Shown here piece after piece: positions 29,884 to 41,270 of a stretch of 64,000 nucleotides of DNA. Position numbers and translations under genes: made by a program. The stretch's first letter is position 1. Each line of letters begins with the position of its first letter. The stretch comes from an uncultured Methanosarcinaceae archaeon (GTDB lineage Archaea > Halobacteriota > Methanosarcinia > Methanosarcinales > Methanosarcinaceae). The notes under the pieces were generated by a model. It was given only the letters and a program-made list of their open reading frames with translations, had not been told where the DNA came from and did not search any database. Location of the stretch: NCBI GenBank assembly GCA_963847185.1, contig CAWJYV010000004.1, forward strand, positions 64,001-128,000. Direction: 5' to 3'.

Positions 29884-30954
29884 ATGACAATAAAACAGCA
29901 GGTTCTTAATTTTCTGAAAAATTACGATCTTGAAAACCTTACTATTGCAACAGTCTGTTCTAACGCAAGCCTCCAGATCTTTGATGGAGCACGAAAAGAA
30001 GGTCTCAGGACTCTGGGGATATGTGTTGGCAAACCACCCAAGTTTTATGAGGCTTTTCCCAAAGCAAAACCGGATGAATACCTCGTTCTTGAGAGCTATG
30101 AAGATATAATGACTAGAGCTGAGGAGCTTAGAAAGAAAAATGCTATCATTATTCCTCACGGTTCACTTGTCGCTTACCTGGGAAAAGAAAATTTTGCAAA
30201 GTTGGCAGTACCTATATTCGGAAATCGGACGGCAATAGAATGGGAGTCAGACAGGAATAAAGAACGCCAGTGGCTACTTGGAGCAGGTGTTCGAATACCT
30301 GAAATAATCAACGATCCTCATGATATTAAGGGACCTGTAATGGTTGAATACGAAGGGGCAAAAGGAGGAAAGGGCTTTTTTGTTGCAAAAACCTACGAAG
30401 AATTCGAAGAGCTCTTGGATAGGAACCAAAAATTCACAATCCTGGAATTTATTACCGGAACCCGTTATTACCTGCACTACTTCTATTCCCCTATCCGAAA
30501 AGAAGGCTATACATTAAGCAAAGGCAGCCTTGAACTCCTGAGCATGGACCGCAGGGTAGAGTCCAATGCCGATGAGATTTTCAGGCTCGGCTCACCAAGA
30601 GAACTCATAGAAGCCGCTATATGCCCGACATATGTGATTACCGGTAATGTACCCCTGGTAGCAAGAGAGTCCCTCCTGCCGCGTATCTTTTCTCTGGGAG
30701 AAAAGGTAGTAGAAGAGTCTCTACACCTTTTTGGCGGGATAATAGGGACTTTCTGTATCGAAGCTGTTATCACGGACTCGCTTGAAATTAAAGTCTTTGA
30801 GCTTTCTGCCAGGATTGTCGCAGGGACAAACCTTTACATTTCAGGCTCACCGTACTCGGACCTGATGAAGGAAAAACTTTCCACTGGCCGGCGAATCGTC
30901 CAGGAAATCAAAGATGCAGCCCAAACAGACCAGCTGGAAGAGATAATATCATGA
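29884..30954 (+). CDS. purP: PurP-family formate--AICAR ligase paralog
   Basis: IATVCS..SLQIFDGARKEG, IIPHGS, GAKGGKGFF, DRRVESNAD, GNVPLVARESLL, FELSARIVAGTN, GRRI. Confidence 0.88.
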   Translation: MTIKQQVLNFLKNYDLENLTIATVCSNASLQIFDGARKEGLRTLGICVGKPPKFYEAFPKAKPDEYLVLESYEDIMTRAEELRKKNAIIIPHGSLVAYLGKENFAKLAVPIFGNRTAIEWESDRNKERQWLLGAGVRIPEIINDPHDIKGPVMVEYEGAKGGKGFFVAKTYEEFEELLDRNQKFTILEFITGTRYYLHYFYSPIRKEGYTLSKGSLELLSMDRRVESNADEIFRLGSPRELIEAAICPTYVITGNVPLVARESLLPRIFSLGEKVVEESLHLFGGIIGTFCIEAVITDSLEIKVFELSARIVAGTNLYISGSPYSDLMKEKLSTGRRIVQEIKDAAQTDQLEEIIS

Positions 30955-30988
30955 ACAAATGAGGTTAATGTATAATTTAGAGTTTTTA

Positions 30989-31121
30989 GAGCAAACTGAC
31001 TCCCAAAATTCCATATTGCTTCTCTAAGTCTAGAATTTTAAATAGACAATCGAGTTTATAATCATGAAAAATAGCCTTGAGACTTTTATTAAGTTGAAGA
31101 AAATTGGTTTGGGATGAGCTC
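30989..31121. mobile_element. Degenerate MITE, family B
   Basis: Right end GGTTTGGGATGAGCTC, eroded left end GAGC..CTCCCAAAA; similar length. Confidence 0.5.
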
Positions 31122-31181
31122 AGCAAATAATTAGCTTCCCTTCACCTTCTATTTTAAAAAACATTTCAATCTCTTATTCAT

Positions 31182-31895
31182 TTACCAGTATACTTGATAT
31201 TTTTTTACAATTCCCTTTGAATAGTATGTATAATTTCCAATGCTTTCAGGCTTGTACCCTTTCCCAACTTTGAGATCTACTATCTTATCATTATCAGAGT
31301 TTCCATAGTTTGTGCAATCGATGAATACTAACCCGCGGTCTGCAGTATTGAAAGCATTACAGGCGTGTACGGCACCATGGTTAACATAATTAATTTCAAC
31401 CCAGGCACACTTATATCCGGCAGCTTCTGCATTATTATGAACACGTTCCGCAAAATCAGCAGGCACAAAATCTGAATGATTGTATGGAATTACATCTGTC
31501 TTATCTAGCATTATGAAATCCATTAACTGCTGGTATGTTGGGTCTACTGCATTCTTATTGTTGTAGAGTGTGATCCTGTATCCATCCTCGCCAGCCTCAT
31601 AGCAACTGGCACCTGAATACATCATCTGTTGAAATCCTTCCGGTAGTCCAGAGGAGGAGTTGTTTGCAATAATACTTTCGTTATGCTCAATACCTGTTAG
31701 AGTATCATCTTTCTGATTTCCTGTGTTTACCAAATTGTCCGAATGTCCGGAGCTTAAGAGATATAAGACCCCGATAATTATGAAAGAGCTGATAACTTTA
31801 TGCCTGCGCATGAAATGGACCGTTTTGTAAAGGAGCCATAAAACAAAAAGTATCACCTCTATACAGACTATTGCAGTAAACATCCTATCTGTCAC
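31182..31895 (-). CDS. Membrane-anchored protein with transglutaminase/papain-like extracellular domain
   Basis: Two N-terminal TM helices; DPTYQQL..FI..D.TD..PY...FVPADFA..VHNNAEAAG..C..V...HACNAFNT.DRGLVFID. Confidence 0.7.
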   Translation of the reverse strand: MTDRMFTAIVCIEVILFVLWLLYKTVHFMRRHKVISSFIIIGVLYLLSSGHSDNLVNTGNQKDDTLTGIEHNESIIANNSSSGLPEGFQQMMYSGASCYEAGEDGYRITLYNNKNAVDPTYQQLMDFIMLDKTDVIPYNHSDFVPADFAERVHNNAEAAGYKCAWVEINYVNHGAVHACNAFNTADRGLVFIDCTNYGNSDNDKIVDLKVGKGYKPESIGNYTYYSKGIVKKYQVYW

Positions 31896-32542
31896 CCACC
31901 ACCAGATTAGTACGTTTTATTAATCTGTCCGGTGTTGAATCAATATTAACACTTATCAATTTTTCAGAAACTTTTAGAGATATTAGCAAATGTTCAAAGT
32001 TTCTTTTTTAAGAATTAGCTGGGATTATTTTTTGGGCAAATCACTATACACAATCATAAGTGTGATATTTAAGTTCATCATCTCACAAAAATAACTGTCT
32101 AAAGCTTACTTGAATTTATATTTCATTATAAATTCGATAAATTGATTATAAAATAACAAACTTAAATATATATTTTCCTATTTGCTTCGACTTCTCTGCT
32201 GCAATCATTCTGTATTTAATTCAACAGTTTCTGGGGGATCAGCCAATTCTTTCGAATTCGAATTATTTGGTGGAATATTTCATTTTTTCTCGTAAATTTG
32301 AGTTCCGTTTTGTGGAAGCGCACAAATATCACAACATTCTCAAGTAAAAGGAGTCTGAAAGACTCATTTTATCTTTATTGAAAGTATGGGAAAAATAGAC
32401 AAAAATTATACACCTATATAGTCCTTCGTTTTTCGGAAATCTATATATGAAATATGCTTTATAACACGCATTTAAAATCAGTGTCATATATTAAAAACAT
32501 TATATATTAGTGAAATATTAAGTGAAATGAGGAAACGGAAAT

Positions 32543-32848
32543 ATGCTATTATTAGGTATAACGACTTTTGAACCCGAAAATAGTGCGGAGTTGCTTAAAC
32601 GATGGAAACATGTGAAAAGTACGGCTTCTCGAGAAGGGTTTAAAATCATTAACCAGTGGTTTGATGCGGGAGGAGGCCGTGTAATTACTTTATTTGATGT
32701 AGAGACTGTAAAAGATTATATTGCTTACAACCTCCCATTTATCGACTTGTGCCAAGTTGATGTTTTTCCAGTTATGGAAGCAAGTGAATTTAAACAGTTC
32801 GTTTCAAAATATATGGAAAAACTAAGTAATGTAAAGGACTCTCCATAG
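32543..32848 (+). CDS. DUF3303-like small protein
   Basis: TFEPEN...KRW...GFKIINQWFDAGGGRVITLFDVE...PF.DL..VDVFPVME. Confidence 0.75.
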   Translation: MLLLGITTFEPENSAELLKRWKHVKSTASREGFKIINQWFDAGGGRVITLFDVETVKDYIAYNLPFIDLCQVDVFPVMEASEFKQFVSKYMEKLSNVKDSP

Positions 32849-33081
32849 AGTACAGAACCTGTAAGTTTGCGACATTTTGGTACATTCAAATACTTCGAGG
32901 CTCGCTAGAGGATGAAAACTGCTTCAGAACAGTATGGGAGTCATTTACTCGAACAAAAACCAAAGTAAAATGAAACACAAGAAAAAACAAAAAGCATCGT
33001 AATTTTGAGCTCTAGATATTGAAAAAGTATTAATTATAATCGTCTAGTTCCATTAACAATAAAATTCTATTGTCATAAATT

Positions 33082-33759
33082 TCAGCAAACTTTTAGCATT
33101 TTATTTCCACCCTTTTGAAACTCGTATGCTACCTTTACTTCCGTCACATTTAGGTTTTCCGCTCTTAAGAACTCAATTACTGTATCAAGATATAGCGATA
33201 TTTTGGAATTTACATCCACCAGCGGAAATACTCTGACCTCATTTGAAACCCTGCATAACTCTTCCAGCGATTTTAAATGAAATTCCAGCGATAGGTTATC
33301 CGTATAGAGGAATAGCAAATGTGAGCAAAGGGCCAGATCAAATTCCTTGTCACCAAAAGGCAGTAAAGGTAATTCACCTGGCACATATCTCTTCTGCAGT
33401 ATGCCTTCCGGGAAATCGTCCAGAAATTTCGTCATTGCTAACATCCTGACTCTTTCAAGTTCCTCAACTGAGCTGATTTCTTGCCAGATGAATTTATCCT
33501 TATTTTTCCGGGTCTGGCCAATTATGTTATCGGAAGTTTCATCGATCCTATCTCTAATCTGCTCAGCACTGAAATTGTAAATAGGATCAACAGATATGAT
33601 ATTCCCACCTCGCTCCGTAAGCTCTGCATTAAAACTTGCCGGACCGTCCCCACAACCCATAATCTTTCGTTTGAGATCAGCAGGTGTCAGGCTAAACATT
33701 CTGACGTACTCGTCGAAAGATCTTCCCCAGGGTTTGACATTATCATACGCAATTGCCAT
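33082..33759 (-). CDS. SAM-dependent methyltransferase
   Basis: PWGRSFDEYVRMFSL, CGDGPASF, LPFGDKEFDLALCSHLLFLY, YEFQKGGN. Confidence 0.85.
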   Translation of the reverse strand: MAIAYDNVKPWGRSFDEYVRMFSLTPADLKRKIMGCGDGPASFNAELTERGGNIISVDPIYNFSAEQIRDRIDETSDNIIGQTRKNKDKFIWQEISSVEELERVRMLAMTKFLDDFPEGILQKRYVPGELPLLPFGDKEFDLALCSHLLFLYTDNLSLEFHLKSLEELCRVSNEVRVFPLVDVNSKISLYLDTVIEFLRAENLNVTEVKVAYEFQKGGNKMLKVC

Positions 33760-33818
33760 AATTTGTACACTAAAGTATGGAATCATACAGCTTATATATA
33801 AATTATTCTTGCAATTTT

Positions 33819-36800
33819 TTATTTTTCATGTCTACTGGCTTCGGACTTTCCATAACCTCCACCTCCAGGGGTTTCTATCATAAATACATCTCCGCTTTTC
33901 AGCTTTAATTCAGCCTGTCCTCCAACCTCGATAATGCTACCATCCCTGCGGATAAGCGTGTTCTTTCCACATCTTCCGGACATACCGCCGTTTAGCCCGA
34001 AAGGTGGGAATTTTCTGTGGCTTGAGAGAATTGCAGCGTCCATCTCTTTCAGAAACCTGAGTTTTCGGACAACCCCGTTTCCGCCTCTGAATTTGCCTTC
34101 TCCCCCGCTTCCCCGCCGGATGGAGAATTCCTCAAGCAAAACAGGAAACCTTGTTTCAAGGATTTCAGGATCGGTAATTCTGGAGTTGGTCATGTGCGTA
34201 TGAACAGCGTCCGTTCCTGAAAAATAAGGGCCTGCCCCTGTGCCACCGCAGATGGTTTCATAATACTGAAATTCGGAGTTCCCGAAAGTGAAGTTATTCA
34301 TTGTACCCTGAGAGGCTGCCAGGGTCCCCAGGGCTCCGAAAAGGGCGTCAACAATGTACTGCGAAGTTTCGACATTGCCTGCAACAACCGCAGCAGGAGA
34401 TTTCGGCCTGAGCATTGACCCGTCAGGGATGATTATTTCAAGCGGCCTTAAACAGCCCGCGTTCAAGGGAATTTCACTTTTTACAAGCGTCCTAAAAGCA
34501 TAGAGGACAGCAGCCAGACAAACAGAAGCAGGAGCATTGAAATTATTTTGAAGCTGGGAAGAAGTACCTGTAAAATCTATTTTGGCACTTCGGTTCTTGC
34601 GGTCAATTATAACTTTTATTTTTATTGAGTTTCCGTCATCAAGCATGTAGGTGAATTCTCCGTCTGAAAGCCTGTCAATAACTCTTCTGACGGCTTCTTC
34701 AGCATTATCCTGCACATGGCCCATATAAGCTTCAACGGTTTCGAGGGAAAACTCTTCGACCATCCTGAATAGCTCCTGAAGCCCTTTTTCATTTGCAGCT
34801 ATCTGTGCCCTAATGTCAGCCATGTTCTGTTCCGGATTTCTTGCAGGGTATTTTCCTGAGTTCAACCATGACTTTAGTTTCTCTTCACAGAAACGGCCTT
34901 CTTGAACTATTTTCATTCCTTCACTTAACACTCCTTCTTCTTCAATATTCCTGCTTCCTGGAGGCACAGACCCCGGGCTGATTCCTCCTACATCGGCATG
35001 GTGACCCCTGGAAGCCAGATAGAACAGAACTTCTTCTGAAAGAGCTTCTTCAGACCTGTTGCCAAACATAGGAGTTACAACCGTGATATCAGGCAGATGA
35101 GTGCCTCCATGATAGGGAGAATTTATCAGAAAAACATCTCCTGCATACATTTCCTTAAACTGAGTTCGAATAATAGATTTCACGCATTCCCCCATGGAAC
35201 CAAGGTGCACAGGGATGTGAGGGGCGTTTGCTATCAGGTTTCCATCTCTATCAAAAACAGCACAGGAGAAATCCAGCCGTTCCTTAATATTCACGGAGTA
35301 AGCTGTGTTCTGTAGAGTATATCCCATCTGTTCGGCAACTGACATGAATCTGTTATTGAAGATCTCGAGCATCACAGGGTCAGTTTCTGTCCCTATGGCT
35401 GTACGGGTAAGAAGGGGAACTTTACGGGTCAGGAATAGATGATTACACTCGGTAATCTCTCCTTCCCACCCTGGCTCAAGAATAATAGTAGTATTTTTCT
35501 CAATAAGGATTGCAGGCCCGTTTATACAGGCTCCGGGTTTGAGTTCGTCCCTCCGGAAAACAGGTGTCTCATGAAACTCTCCATAGCTGAACATCTGAAC
35601 CGTAGATATGGGAGAAAAAATAGCATTTGATTCGTTTTCCAGAATAGGATCAGAAACTCTTTCATTAATTCCGATGATCTCCACAGAAACGGCTTCAACA
35701 ACCATGGATTTACCTTCCATAACGAATCCAAAGCGTTTTCTGTGCGCTTCCTCAAAAGCAGTTCTAAGAGTATCTTTATCCGCAAAATTCACATCTAACT
35801 GCGTATCCGAGCCTGCATAACGAGTGTGAATCCTAAAAAGTGCAGCAATGAAATCCTCCTGCACTCCCTGTTCCAGCATCAGTAAGCGTCCTTCATTCTC
35901 AAGCTCGGAAAATACTGTTTTTAATCTCTCCACGAGATTTTCTGAAAGTTCAGCTCCTATATAACGCTCTTTTATCAGTCTCTGGTCTGCAATTCCCATT
36001 CCATATGCTGAAAGGACGCCTGCATAAGGGTGAATGAAAATACTCTTAATTCCAAGGTTGTCTGCAACCCTGCAGGCGTGCTGAGCTCCGGCTCCTCCAA
36101 AACAACAGAGAGTATATTCTTTTATATTGTATCCTCTCTGGACGGAAATTTTCTTTATGGCGTTTGCCATATTCTCAACTGCGACCGAAAGGAAACCTTC
36201 TGCTACCTGTTCAGGAGTTTTGAGGCTATTTTCACCGGAAGGATTTTTTTCAGAGGGTTCATTTCCAGGAGATTCGTTTCCAGAAGATTCATTTTCAGAA
36301 GATTCGTTTTCAGAGAACTCATTTTCGGAAATTTCTTTTGCAAGCTCTGTGAATTTCCTGCGCACCAGTTCGGAATCAAGATCCTGGTCTGCACTGGGTC
36401 CAAAAAGGTTCGGGAAAAACTCGGGTCGCAATTTCCCAAGCATGACATTGGAGTCGGTAACAGTCAATGGCCCTCCTTTTCGATAAGATGCAGGTCCAGG
36501 GTCAGAACCTGCAGAATCCGGCCCTACTCTGAACCGGCCCCCTTCGTAATGTAATATGGAACCTCCTCCAGCTGCAACCGTATGGATGCGCATCATAGGA
36601 GAGCGCAAATGTACACCTGCAATTTCGGTTTCAAGACTGCGCTCGTATTCCCCACTATACTGGGCTACGTCTGTGGATGTTCCCCCCATATCGAAAGTGA
36701 TAACCTTTTTTGCTCCTGCCATGACAGATGTTGCAACTGCCCCCACGATTCCGCCTGCAGGCCCGGACAGAATGCAGTCCTTGCCCTGAAAAGCTTCAGC

Positions 36801-37688
36801 ATCTATAAGCCCTCCGCTAGACTGCATGAACATTAGTCTGGGACTTTTATTTGTTTCTCGTTTTTCTCCCCTTACCTTTTTCTCGCCTTTATTTCCTTTT
36901 ACTTCTTCTCCAACCTCTAGTTTCCCAGACCCATTTTCTTCTTTTTCTTCTCTTTCCCCTCTTTCTTCCAGAGTTTCCTGAACCATGTCAACATACCTGC
37001 GGAGCACAGGAGAAAGATACGCATCCACAACAGTTGTTTCTCCCCTGCTCACGAGTTTTATCAGCGGGCTTGTCTGATGAGATAAGGATACCTGTGTAAA
37101 ACCTATTTCTCTAGCTAGCCTTTCAAGCTTAAGTTCATGCTCAGGATATCTGTATGCATGCATAAGAACAACGGCAGTTGACCGAATCCCTTCTTTGAAA
37201 GCTATTTCAAGCTCTTTTTTTGCGTTTTCAAGATCCAGATGCACAAGCTCTTTCCCGTCTGCTGAAAGTCTTCCGGAGACCTCAATAACCCTTTCGTAAA
37301 GCTGCTCCGGAAGTTCGATCTTTTGAGCGAAAATATCCGGGCGGTTCTGATACCCGATCCTTAAAGCATCCCCAAAACCCTTATTTATAACAAGAACAGT
37401 ACGCTCCCCTTTTCTCTCAAGAAGCGCGTTTGTGCCAACTGTTGTCCCCATCTTTACGGACTCTATCAGTTCTGCAGGCAAGGATGCATCTGCAGGCAGC
37501 CCCAGAATCTGACAAATTCCATTAATAGCCGCATCTTTATAATGAGAAGGGTCTTCGGAAAGTAGTTTGTGTGTGATCAGTTTTCCATCAGGGCTGCGGG
37601 CAACGATATCAGTAAATGTGCCTCCACGGTCTATCCAGAATTGCCATTGGGCTTTGGGGGACATGAAAGGAATAATTGCACAGGTCAT
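33819..37688 (-). CDS. Fused hydantoinase A/B, 5-oxoprolinase (ATP-hydrolysing) family
   Basis: IDRGGTFTD, MGTTVGTNALLERKG, DMGGTSTD, NIKERLDFSCA, HIPVHLGSM, HTHMTNSRITDPE, TPGGGGYG. Confidence 0.95.
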   Translation of the reverse strand: MTCAIIPFMSPKAQWQFWIDRGGTFTDIVARSPDGKLITHKLLSEDPSHYKDAAINGICQILGLPADASLPAELIESVKMGTTVGTNALLERKGERTVLVINKGFGDALRIGYQNRPDIFAQKIELPEQLYERVIEVSGRLSADGKELVHLDLENAKKELEIAFKEGIRSTAVVLMHAYRYPEHELKLERLAREIGFTQVSLSHQTSPLIKLVSRGETTVVDAYLSPVLRRYVDMVQETLEERGEREEKEENGSGKLEVGEEVKGNKGEKKVRGEKRETNKSPRLMFMQSSGGLIDAEAFQGKDCILSGPAGGIVGAVATSVMAGAKKVITFDMGGTSTDVAQYSGEYERSLETEIAGVHLRSPMMRIHTVAAGGGSILHYEGGRFRVGPDSAGSDPGPASYRKGGPLTVTDSNVMLGKLRPEFFPNLFGPSADQDLDSELVRRKFTELAKEISENEFSENESSENESSGNESPGNEPSEKNPSGENSLKTPEQVAEGFLSVAVENMANAIKKISVQRGYNIKEYTLCCFGGAGAQHACRVADNLGIKSIFIHPYAGVLSAYGMGIADQRLIKERYIGAELSENLVERLKTVFSELENEGRLLMLEQGVQEDFIAALFRIHTRYAGSDTQLDVNFADKDTLRTAFEEAHRKRFGFVMEGKSMVVEAVSVEIIGINERVSDPILENESNAIFSPISTVQMFSYGEFHETPVFRRDELKPGACINGPAILIEKNTTIILEPGWEGEITECNHLFLTRKVPLLTRTAIGTETDPVMLEIFNNRFMSVAEQMGYTLQNTAYSVNIKERLDFSCAVFDRDGNLIANAPHIPVHLGSMGECVKSIIRTQFKEMYAGDVFLINSPYHGGTHLPDITVVTPMFGNRSEEALSEEVLFYLASRGHHADVGGISPGSVPPGSRNIEEEGVLSEGMKIVQEGRFCEEKLKSWLNSGKYPARNPEQNMADIRAQIAANEKGLQELFRMVEEFSLETVEAYMGHVQDNAEEAVRRVIDRLSDGEFTYMLDDGNSIKIKVIIDRKNRSAKIDFTGTSSQLQNNFNAPASVCLAAVLYAFRTLVKSEIPLNAGCLRPLEIIIPDGSMLRPKSPAAVVAGNVETSQYIVDALFGALGTLAASQGTMNNFTFGNSEFQYYETICGGTGAGPYFSGTDAVHTHMTNSRITDPEILETRFPVLLEEFSIRRGSGGEGKFRGGNGVVRKLRFLKEMDAAILSSHRKFPPFGLNGGMSGRCGKNTLIRRDGSIIEVGGQAELKLKSGDVFMIETPGGGGYGKSEASRHEK
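36225..36330 (-). repeat. In-frame 15-bp degenerate repeats (SENEF/SENES/SGNES/PGNEP) within the oxoprolinase
   Basis: About seven pentapeptide units. Confidence 0.8.
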
Positions 37689-37752
37689 ATTAATTATTAA
37701 TCAGAGCTTTTAGCTTGCATAAGCGTAAAGTTATTTTTAATATATTGTTCCT

Positions 37753-38672
37753 TCTAGTGCATCGATTCCTAATTAATTCCTCTTTTTATACTATAATTTT
37801 TCCAGGCATTTCACCTCTTTCTTCCATTTTATATTTCCATGTAAAAATGACTGGCTTTTCGTTAATCTGATCTATATATTGACTAATTCTTTCCCTTGAT
37901 TCCTTTATCGATTCTACTCTTATTCCTCTCAGCAAGCTTCTTACCATTTTACTGAAAAAACTTTCAATAATGTTTAACCACGAAGCATGTTTGGGTGTGA
38001 ATATAAATTCAAATTTATCAGGAACAGTTTTCAGGTATTCTCGAGTTTCTATTGATGTATGTACTTTGTAATTATCCATCAGAATTTTGATTTTTTCTTT
38101 TGGGTAAATTAACTCCAGTTCTTTAAGGAATTGTATGAATTCCCAGCTTTTATGTTTCTCAAATACTTTATAATGAATTTTTCCTGATATCAAATCAATT
38201 CCAGCTAATAGTGAAATAGTTCCATGTCTTTTGTATTCATAATCTCTTGCTATTGTGGAATAACGCCCTTCTACTGGCATAAGATCTGGATAAACATTGC
38301 CAATTGCTTGAATACCTGGTCTTTCATCGTAGGAAATAATCACTGTATTAATTTCTTCTTTTTTTCATTTTTCCACTTAATTTTTTAGCCTCTCTATATG
38401 TGGCTAAGACATTGGCTGCTTTTTGATCAAACTCTGGATCAACTTTAGCAATATAAGAGCCAATTTTATGCGGTTTTATATTACTTGCATTGAGAATCTT
38501 TGAAACTGTTCCTTGATTTATCTTCGATAAATCAGGATGCCCCTCTTTAATACAATTTTCCCGGATATGTTTTACAAGAAGTCGCTGCGTCCATATTTCA
38601 TGAGGATAACCAAAATCCTTTGGTTTCATACATGCAAGTGAGACTAACCAAGCTCGTGATTCAGCGAGAATA
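37753..38672 (-). mobile_element. IS630-family transposase pseudogene (frameshifted, 5' truncated)
   Basis: WTQRLL, IKPHK, SYDERPGIQA, YEYKRHGT, MDNY..H, TPKHASWLN.IE.FFS. Confidence 0.88.
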
Positions 38673-39676
38673 CCTTGGTGTCTTCATTTCTGAATTTATC
38701 TGCTAAGCCTTCTGTCAAAGGGGTCACAGATTCCGTTGAAATTCTCAGATCCTGAAGTTGAAAAGAGGTCTTTTGATATCTATGAAACATTCAGTGAAGG
38801 TGATTTTAAATGAACAACTTCAACGATGAGATACTTCACACTAACCTGCAGTACCTGGAACTGATACTATTGAAGAGCTTCTGGACAACTGCCTTGAAAT
38901 TGCTGCAAGGGACAGCAAAACAACAATGGAAGTCCTTGATTATCTGTTTGAACAGGAAAAGAAACACAGGGAATCTACTGCAATTGAAAGGAGAATGAAA
39001 AGTGCAGTTTTCCCTGTGAAAAAGACTTTTGAGGAATTAGATTTTAAGTTTCAGTCCTCTATTTATAAAAAGTCACAGAAGACCTTGCAACCTTGAGATT
39101 TGTTCATAATTCAGAGGATGTTGTTTTGCTCGGTCCTCCTGGAATTGGAAAGTCTCACCTCACAATTTCTCTTGGAATTAAGGGTGCAGAAGCAGGAATT
39201 TCGGTTTACTTTACCAATGCAGGAAACCTTATTGAAAGGTTGAGACTCGCAAATAGAGAAGGAATGCTTGAAAAGAAACACAGGGACTTGATGAAGTATA
39301 AAGTGCTGATAATTGATGAAATGGGCTATCTTCCATTTGATGAAGAAGGAGCCCACTGTTTATTTCAGCTGATTTCCAGACGTTGGGAAAAGAGTTCAAC
39401 TATCTTGACGTCGAATAAGTCATGTGGAGGGTGGGGAGAGATATTCAAGGACCATGTAATAGCGGCTGCTGTACTTGATAGAATACTCCATCATTGTACG
39501 ATAATTAACATCAAAGGGGAAAGTTACAGGCTGAAAGAAAGTAAGAAGCAAGGAATAAAAACAGGAAATATGTGCCAGTAATTTCTAAAAAGTTTATGAA
39601 AAATTGAGTAAACTCTATATCAAAAGGTGAGGAAAATAATCCGGCCAAAGTGGGGAAAAGCAAACCGGCCTTGACA
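38673..39676 (+). mobile_element. istB: IS21-family remnant: istA tail, frameshifted istB, intact right end
   Basis: GPPGIGKSHL, LIIDEMGYLP, TSNK..WGEIF.D.VIAAAVLDRILHH, GESYRLK; end ...AAACCGGCCTTGACA. Confidence 0.9.
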
Positions 39677-39843
39677 AGCCTGAAAGCCGGATTTGATAAG
39701 AATGGTTCTACATTACTATATTTTATACGGGGATTGTAATAATCATTGGAGTTGTCCAGACAGACAACCTCTTCACCATGCTTTAATAATGCGTCGCATA
39801 GATGGGATCCTATAAAACCTGCACCACCAGTAACTAAGCACAA
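39677..39843 (-). pseudogene. NAD-dependent sugar epimerase/dehydratase N-terminal fragment cut by IS21
   Basis: [18 protein letters not shown]...[13 protein letters not shown]; homology stops at the IS end. Confidence 0.88.
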
Positions 39844-40206
39844 TATAATAAAAAAATGTGCAAATTTTTATTTATACCTATCGAACAACCTATCAGGCTT
39901 TCTGTAGCGATGGAAATTTCTTTGAAAACAGTTTTTACTATCTCTGCACATTTTTAATTACATTTGTACTTTAAGAAAGTCTTACTCAGTACACAGTGGA
40001 TTTATTGCTCACACTTTTCTCCCCAACATCAGTTGGAAGAAAGAGAGTGAATGATAATCAATCTGATAATCAATCCATCAACGATGATGTTTATTCTCTT
40101 GTTACAGATTGTCAATGAAGCGACATGTCTAAATAACATTAATGTTACGTAATTGCTTTGGGATTATTTTATAAGAGTTCAGGGATTAGCGTTTCAAAAC
40201 CAGGCT

Positions 40207-40701
40207 TCAAAGCTTCACTCCATCATCGGTTATCGTAATGTTACAAGTCCCAACAAAGAAAGCATCGTGAATGGCTACACCGTTTACGGTTTGCCGGGGG
40301 GTATCGTCTATTTCCACTGTACGATCGGTTATATGAATTTTCCTGTCCCCTGCATAAAAAGTTCCGGTCACTGCAAGGTATCCATCTTCTGTAATTCTGG
40401 CATTGAAAATAACATTACCACCCTCTTTCCTTGCCAGCGTAAGACCATTTCCTTTCTCGATTTCTCCTTGCACATCGAATTTTTCGTCAATTTGAATAAA
40501 CTCGTTTTTGTCAATTTTTGCTACAAGTTCGGAATTCTTGTCTCGGATTTCCGTTGTCAAAACCAAAACGCCATCGCAGTTTTCTAGAGTAAACAAATGT
40601 GTTTTGTCTCCGGTGCTTTTATCTGCCTGATACGACACTGTATACAGTGGATCTGCGTACATATTTGATCCGAGAATTAACATATAATCATCTTGAGCCA
40701 T
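40207..40701 (-). CDS. Hypothetical beta-rich protein
   Basis: 164-aa ORF with GGTGAG RBS; no recognised motif. Confidence 0.7.
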   Translation of the reverse strand: MAQDDYMLILGSNMYADPLYTVSYQADKSTGDKTHLFTLENCDGVLVLTTEIRDKNSELVAKIDKNEFIQIDEKFDVQGEIEKGNGLTLARKEGGNVIFNARITEDGYLAVTGTFYAGDRKIHITDRTVEIDDTPRQTVNGVAIHDAFFVGTCNITITDDGVKL

Positions 40702-41270
40702 GTCATACTCACCCGTAAGTTTTTACCACATAATGATAGATGGAATTGTATAAAATGATTCTTAACTGATATTTAAGCGGAAAGTTAAAGAGGCTGATTA
40801 TAAAATTATACTCTTTTTTCTTGACACTTCTTTGATGGCTTTTGAATGTATTTCATTTAACCTGTTATTTCATTTAACCTATTTATCCTGCTTGATAAAG
40901 TCTACTATAAGTGTTTTGAATGAAAAGAAGAACTAGAGATCCTGTAGCAATATTAGGTTTAAGCCTAATGCTATCATTTCTTGCTGATCTAAAGAGCAGT
41001 TTTCTCTGCAGGTGACTTTTACATCTAAGTTCCAGATATTTATTCGTTAACTTATTGAGCTATTTCCCAGAAAAGATATTAATCATAATTATTAATTATA
41101 GATACTGCAAAAGTAAAATAATATAAAGTAATATATTAAAAATTGAAACCAAATATAAAGTGAGAAAATGAAGGAAGACAATCTGAAGCTAAGGTAACCT
41201 GCTATAAAAATGTATAGAAGCCAGCCAAGGCAAACAGAACCGAAATTAAACTGTCTAAAGAGGGATTTCA

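Noticed and set aside
39511-39843. 110-aa epimerase as a functional gene
   Set aside because: The second half is read-through into the IS21 end.
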